From Eledone cirrhosa (lineage: Eukaryota): a stretch of DNA of 64,000 nucleotides. The DNA lies in the NCBI GenBank assembly GCA_964016885.1, contig OZ024741.1, forward strand, positions 376,526,001 to 376,590,000, written 5' to 3'. A program made the position numbers and the translations under genes. Below, one piece after another: positions 59,701-64,000 of this stretch. Below the pieces are notes generated by a model. The model was not told the origin of the DNA, searched no databases, and saw only the letters and a list, made by a program, of their open reading frames with translations. Positions within the stretch are counted from its first letter, which is position 1. Each line of letters starts with the position of its first letter.

Positions 59701-60220
59701 CATTAAATATGGTTTAATATACATTATGTCAACACGATAACATGCTAACCATCCAAACAGACACATACACACACACATGACACCTTCTACTTTAGAAAAT
59801 AAAAACCCGAACTAAATAAACCTCAACATACGTTTGCGCTGACAATACAACAGAACAAATACAAATAAGTAAGGACAACATGTTCATTCAAAAATATTCC
59901 TACTAACGGAATCATTTTCCTACACATACACACAATATATATTCTCTTCATCTTAACATGCTAACCATACTCCCACACACACATAACACCCATACACACA
60001 CATAATCCCCCCCTAACACTCACACACAGACAACTCCCTCCCCCATTTCTACTAATAGAATCACTTTCCTACACACATATACACACACACAATTCCTTCC
60101 CCCATTTCTACTAATAGAAACATGTTCCTATACACCCCCCCAACACACACAAGCACACATATCTTTACTTTCTTTATTTCAATAGAAAATCTGAATTCTG
60201 ACACCCCAGCGAACCAACCA

Positions 60221-60757
60221 TATTCACTGAACCAGAACAATTCTCCCATCCCATTTCTCTTGACCATTATCTTTTGCTTGTCATAAAATTCTCTAAAAGA
60301 CTACAAAATAAATTCCCAAATACGGGCGCGATATTTAATGAACTTGTTCACGTGACAGTGATAATTTCATTTATAACCAATCAAATTATATTTATTTAAA
60401 AAAAGCCTTCGTGAGCCACTTGTTTTAAAGTAAAAAGAAATTCAAACAAACTTACACGAAAGCTGATATACTTATTCACGTGACTACACCAACCAACCAA
60501 ACTTCACACATATATAAAAAAACAACCTGCTATATTCACTGAACCAAAACAATTCTCCCATCCCATTTCTCTTGACCATTATCTTTTCTTCGTCATAACA
60601 TTCTCTAAAAGGATACAAAATAAATTCCCAAATACGGGCGCAAATTTTAATGAACTTGTTCACGTGACTGAAAATAATTTCATTTATAACCAATCAAATT
60701 ACATTTATTAAAAAAAGCCTTCGTGGAACCCCCTTTTTAAGTAAAACGAAATTCAAA
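60221..60757 (+). repeat. ~230-bp direct repeats in the PLE 3' region carrying CACGTG and CCAAT motifs
   Basis: tattcactgaacc...aaattcaaa at 60221 and 60533. Confidence 0.8.
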
Positions 60758-60977
60758 TACTCATATATGAAAGAACAACCTGAGCCCCCTCCCCCCCCAT
60801 TGTTTGAAGACCGTTGTAACGCCAACTGGCGCGAAATTTATTATACTTATTGACCAACCAATCAAATTAATTCTCTAAAAAGCTGGCGTTCCGAGCCACT
60901 TTTTTCCATATAAAACAAGTAACATTCAAAGACCAACCAGATGTGAGAAAAACGACAGACCCTCCATCTCAACTTTA

Positions 60978-61013
60978 CTTTTGAAAAGCAGAAGAACTGT
61001 GAAACCGGTAAAG
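60978..61013 (+). ncRNA. Hammerhead-like motif, UUGAAAA (U3-A8) core
   Basis: ctt-ttgaaaa-gcag-aagaa-ctgt-GAAA-ccgg-ta-aag, then AATAAA. Confidence 0.62.
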
Positions 61014-62907
61014 GAACCAAATAAATATATATATATTTTTTAAAAATAAGACTCCCGTTGCATTTTCAATTTCATCTTTTTTTCTTTATATATATATATT
61101 TGATCTTTTTTTCTTTATAATTTCACTCGTGTAGGACACCTAGGTTATTTTAATTTTGTAAAAAAAACATCACTTTCTAATATATATATATATATATGTG
61201 TGTATATATATGTACACATGTGCCTGTTGGCTGGAACACGAAATAGAAATATCAATAGGAAAAACATAAAACCTATGTGGGCATATCCTTTATTGCTGAA
61301 CAGAAGAAGTGCTTGTGTATGCTAAGAATTCATTTATATTATTCGAAGTGTATTAGGAACTTTAACCTCTTGCGTATGCGACTTTATATACATGTGGTTG
61401 TAAACTAAAATTCACAGAATACACATTCAGTGGATATTAAATATAATTTACTCAGTCCATTGCATTATGTGTACCGGTCTTACTAACAGTCAATGAAAGC
61501 TATATATTTTACATCAAATAATATTACCTCAACTACAATGATGTCATTTGCTGAGAAATCTATTTGCCTTCTTCCAAGTTCTATTCTCTTTGCTTTCCTT
61601 TTTACTTCAGTCTTTTATGTAATATATTTTGCATGTCATTCTTGTATGGTATATTTGGCGTATTATTAGCTTTTCGTTAATATTACTGAGCCATGTAAAA
61701 TTTCCAATATCTGCAGGGATATTAAGCTATGGAAAGTTCGCTGTATATTTTTTATTATTCAATAACATTGTTTTTTCTATTTGAATGGTTTTATATCATG
61801 AAACAGCAGCAACCTGGTTTTTTATAGACACAACATTCATACAAGTGTTTTTATTTTCCAGCTTTTATTATCTCTATTCTTGTTTTGTATTCTCCTCCCA
61901 ATTCTTATAAACTATCCTCTGTCATGGGAAATATGTAGGAAACCAGTTTTATTGTTTCTGTGTATTTGTCTCTGTGATTATGTAAATCTATATCGCTGCA
62001 GGTATGGATGTGTAGTTAAGAGGTTCGCTTTGGTCCAACTATAGACTCGAAATGATCAATGTCGATTAAGGAAATTTAGTAAGAATAACTTGCCCCTAAT
62101 ATTGGGTATATACGCATGTATAAACCTACACACAAACAAACACACAAACATACTGAAGCACACCAAAATACATATATGTATATATATGTGTATGTGTGCA
62201 TGTATGAGTGTATGTTAGATTGCTTATGTCTGTCTATGTCTGTGTTTATGTTTAAAACGCATAAACTCCCGATGATGTTTGACTATAACCTACAACGTAG
62301 AATATTTGTTAAATTGTTATCGATCAAAATACCAGAATAAAAAAAGAAAAATTATATGTCGGGACGGTCTGATCGGCTTCTTTCAATCACATGAAACCAG
62401 TAAAAGTGTATATGGGTAATCTTTCGATTTGTTTGTTAATCGTATTAATAACTAAGATATTTATAACCTTTGTAGAATTACGTGTTTCATTAAGACTTCC
62501 TTTCGTAAATGCTTTTCACTTAGTATGTGACGAACCAGGGGTGGCCGAAATCTCAAGGAGCTCGACTGAAAGAAAGAAACTGAGAGAGATAGAGAGAGAG
62601 AGAAAGAGAGAGGGGGGGGGGTGATAGAGATAGAGAGAAATAGAGAGAGAGAGAGAGAAAAAGATAAATACACATACACACACAAACACCCACACGTTTA
62701 CTCTATACAAGCGTATTATATATATGTATTTATATGTTTTCATATATACCTTTATTAGTGTCACCGAAAATTATCCCTCGCTCTCCGCCCCCTCTCTTTC
62801 CCACTCTCTCTCTCGATCAAAAACATAAACACACACTTTTTTCTCTTCTCTGTTTATGTTTCTTGTTTCCTTAAATTTACCATCATTACTGGGTATACAT
62901 CTATTAC

Positions 62908-62976
62908 GCAATTTACCCCTGAAGATGTCACCGGGTTCTTACGCAACCTGGCCTCTGAAATGTAGATAGTGTTTGC
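62908..62976 (+). ncRNA. Partly decayed hammerhead in a solo pLTR-like remnant
   Basis: accc-CTGAAGA-..ccgggtt/aacctgg..-GAAA-tgtaga-ta-gtgt, then AATAAA. Confidence 0.55.
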
Positions 62977-63487
62977 TGAAATAAATAATTTAGGAAATTC
63001 AACTTATTTGGTCTCCTGTCTTGTCACTTTATAATACACTTACTCCGTTAAGAGTTGCATAATGCCGAGTGATTTACTCAAATTACGCCATGATTAACAT
63101 TGCAGAATTACCAATTCTACCCTGTGGTAAACCACCAAATTTAAACGTATATATCTCTCTCTCTATATATATATATATACGTCACGCCGGGTTGTGGCAC
63201 AGAGCGGAAACCTATTGATAACTTGAGTCCGCGTTTCGGTCATCAAATACTACAAACTTGCATATTGCACAAGTAGGATTGTTGATTATGGATTCATAGG
63301 AACCTATCGGAGGTATTGCATAATACCCTTTGATACGGTCTAGGTTTGTTACCTAACCTGATTTTATTTTCGTTGCTTTGGGCTAGGCTCCCTTGCCGCA
63401 GTTTTCATTTTGTCACGCTATCTAACGTATATTATTTACTTGTATATAATTGTATAACTGCCATAACTTCGATTTTACTAACCTTCC

Positions 63488-63518
<31 letters not shown>

Positions 63519-63561
63519 CTTTCCGTAAACAGGTTCAACTTCGCATTTTCCCTATTCCCCT

Positions 63562-63655
<94 letters not shown>

Positions 63656-63839
63656 GGGGTTTGTGTGTATGACCAAATCAAGGAGAAAATATTTGTATAC
63701 AAATCAATAAGAATGCTATACTAGAATGAGACAGAAAATACACGGTATTACTCTACGTGCATGAGACTAGCAGTAACAATTTATAAACAAGTGTATAACT
63801 TCACATTAAATTACTTTCCTTGAGCACAGTGATAAATGG

Positions 63840-63843
63840 GTGT

Positions 63844-63899
<56 letters not shown>

Positions 63900-63912
63900 G
63901 TGCGCGCGTGTG

Positions 63913-63996
<84 letters not shown>

Positions 63997-64000
63997 CCTG
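63840..64000. repeat. (GT)n microsatellite
   Basis: Direct inspection. Confidence 0.95.

Larger units (their letters stand above)
56776..61140 (+). mobile_element. Neptune-type Penelope-like element, decayed
   Basis: IINLS..LSKGLKFTPTP, EADKG, YGLPKIH, LRPIVAG, SFDVVNLYTTIP, GTAMGTKVAPTYANL, WKRYLDD, EN remnant ending QKYRPALN. Confidence 0.92.

Overview
AT-rich eukaryotic, repeat-saturated window with no convincing host gene. The SINE/RTE tails and dense (TA)n/(CA)n microsatellites suggest a cephalopod such as Octopus (inference). It holds at least eight decayed Penelope-like element (PLE) copies of Naiad-like and Neptune-like types, an L1/Tx1-type LINE, an R4/Dong-type REL-endonuclease LINE, RTE and Vingi-like LINE 3' fragments, tRNA-derived SINEs, a non-autonomous Helitron and a probable solo LTR. 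The main signal is RNA structure. More than 20 type I hammerhead ribozyme (HHR) motifs with palindromic stem III can be folded by eye, both at PLE 3' ends and in ORF-less retrozyme-like units. The best example is a ~2.95 kb palindrome of ten near-identical 310-bp HHR units (30331-33279). Three HHRs carry an apparent U3-A8 compensatory core, a 259-bp unit carries a tRNA-like cloverleaf on a long helix, and nested fold-back palindromes are centred on (TA)n tracts. All folds and family names are by inspection; no searches or folding programs were run.
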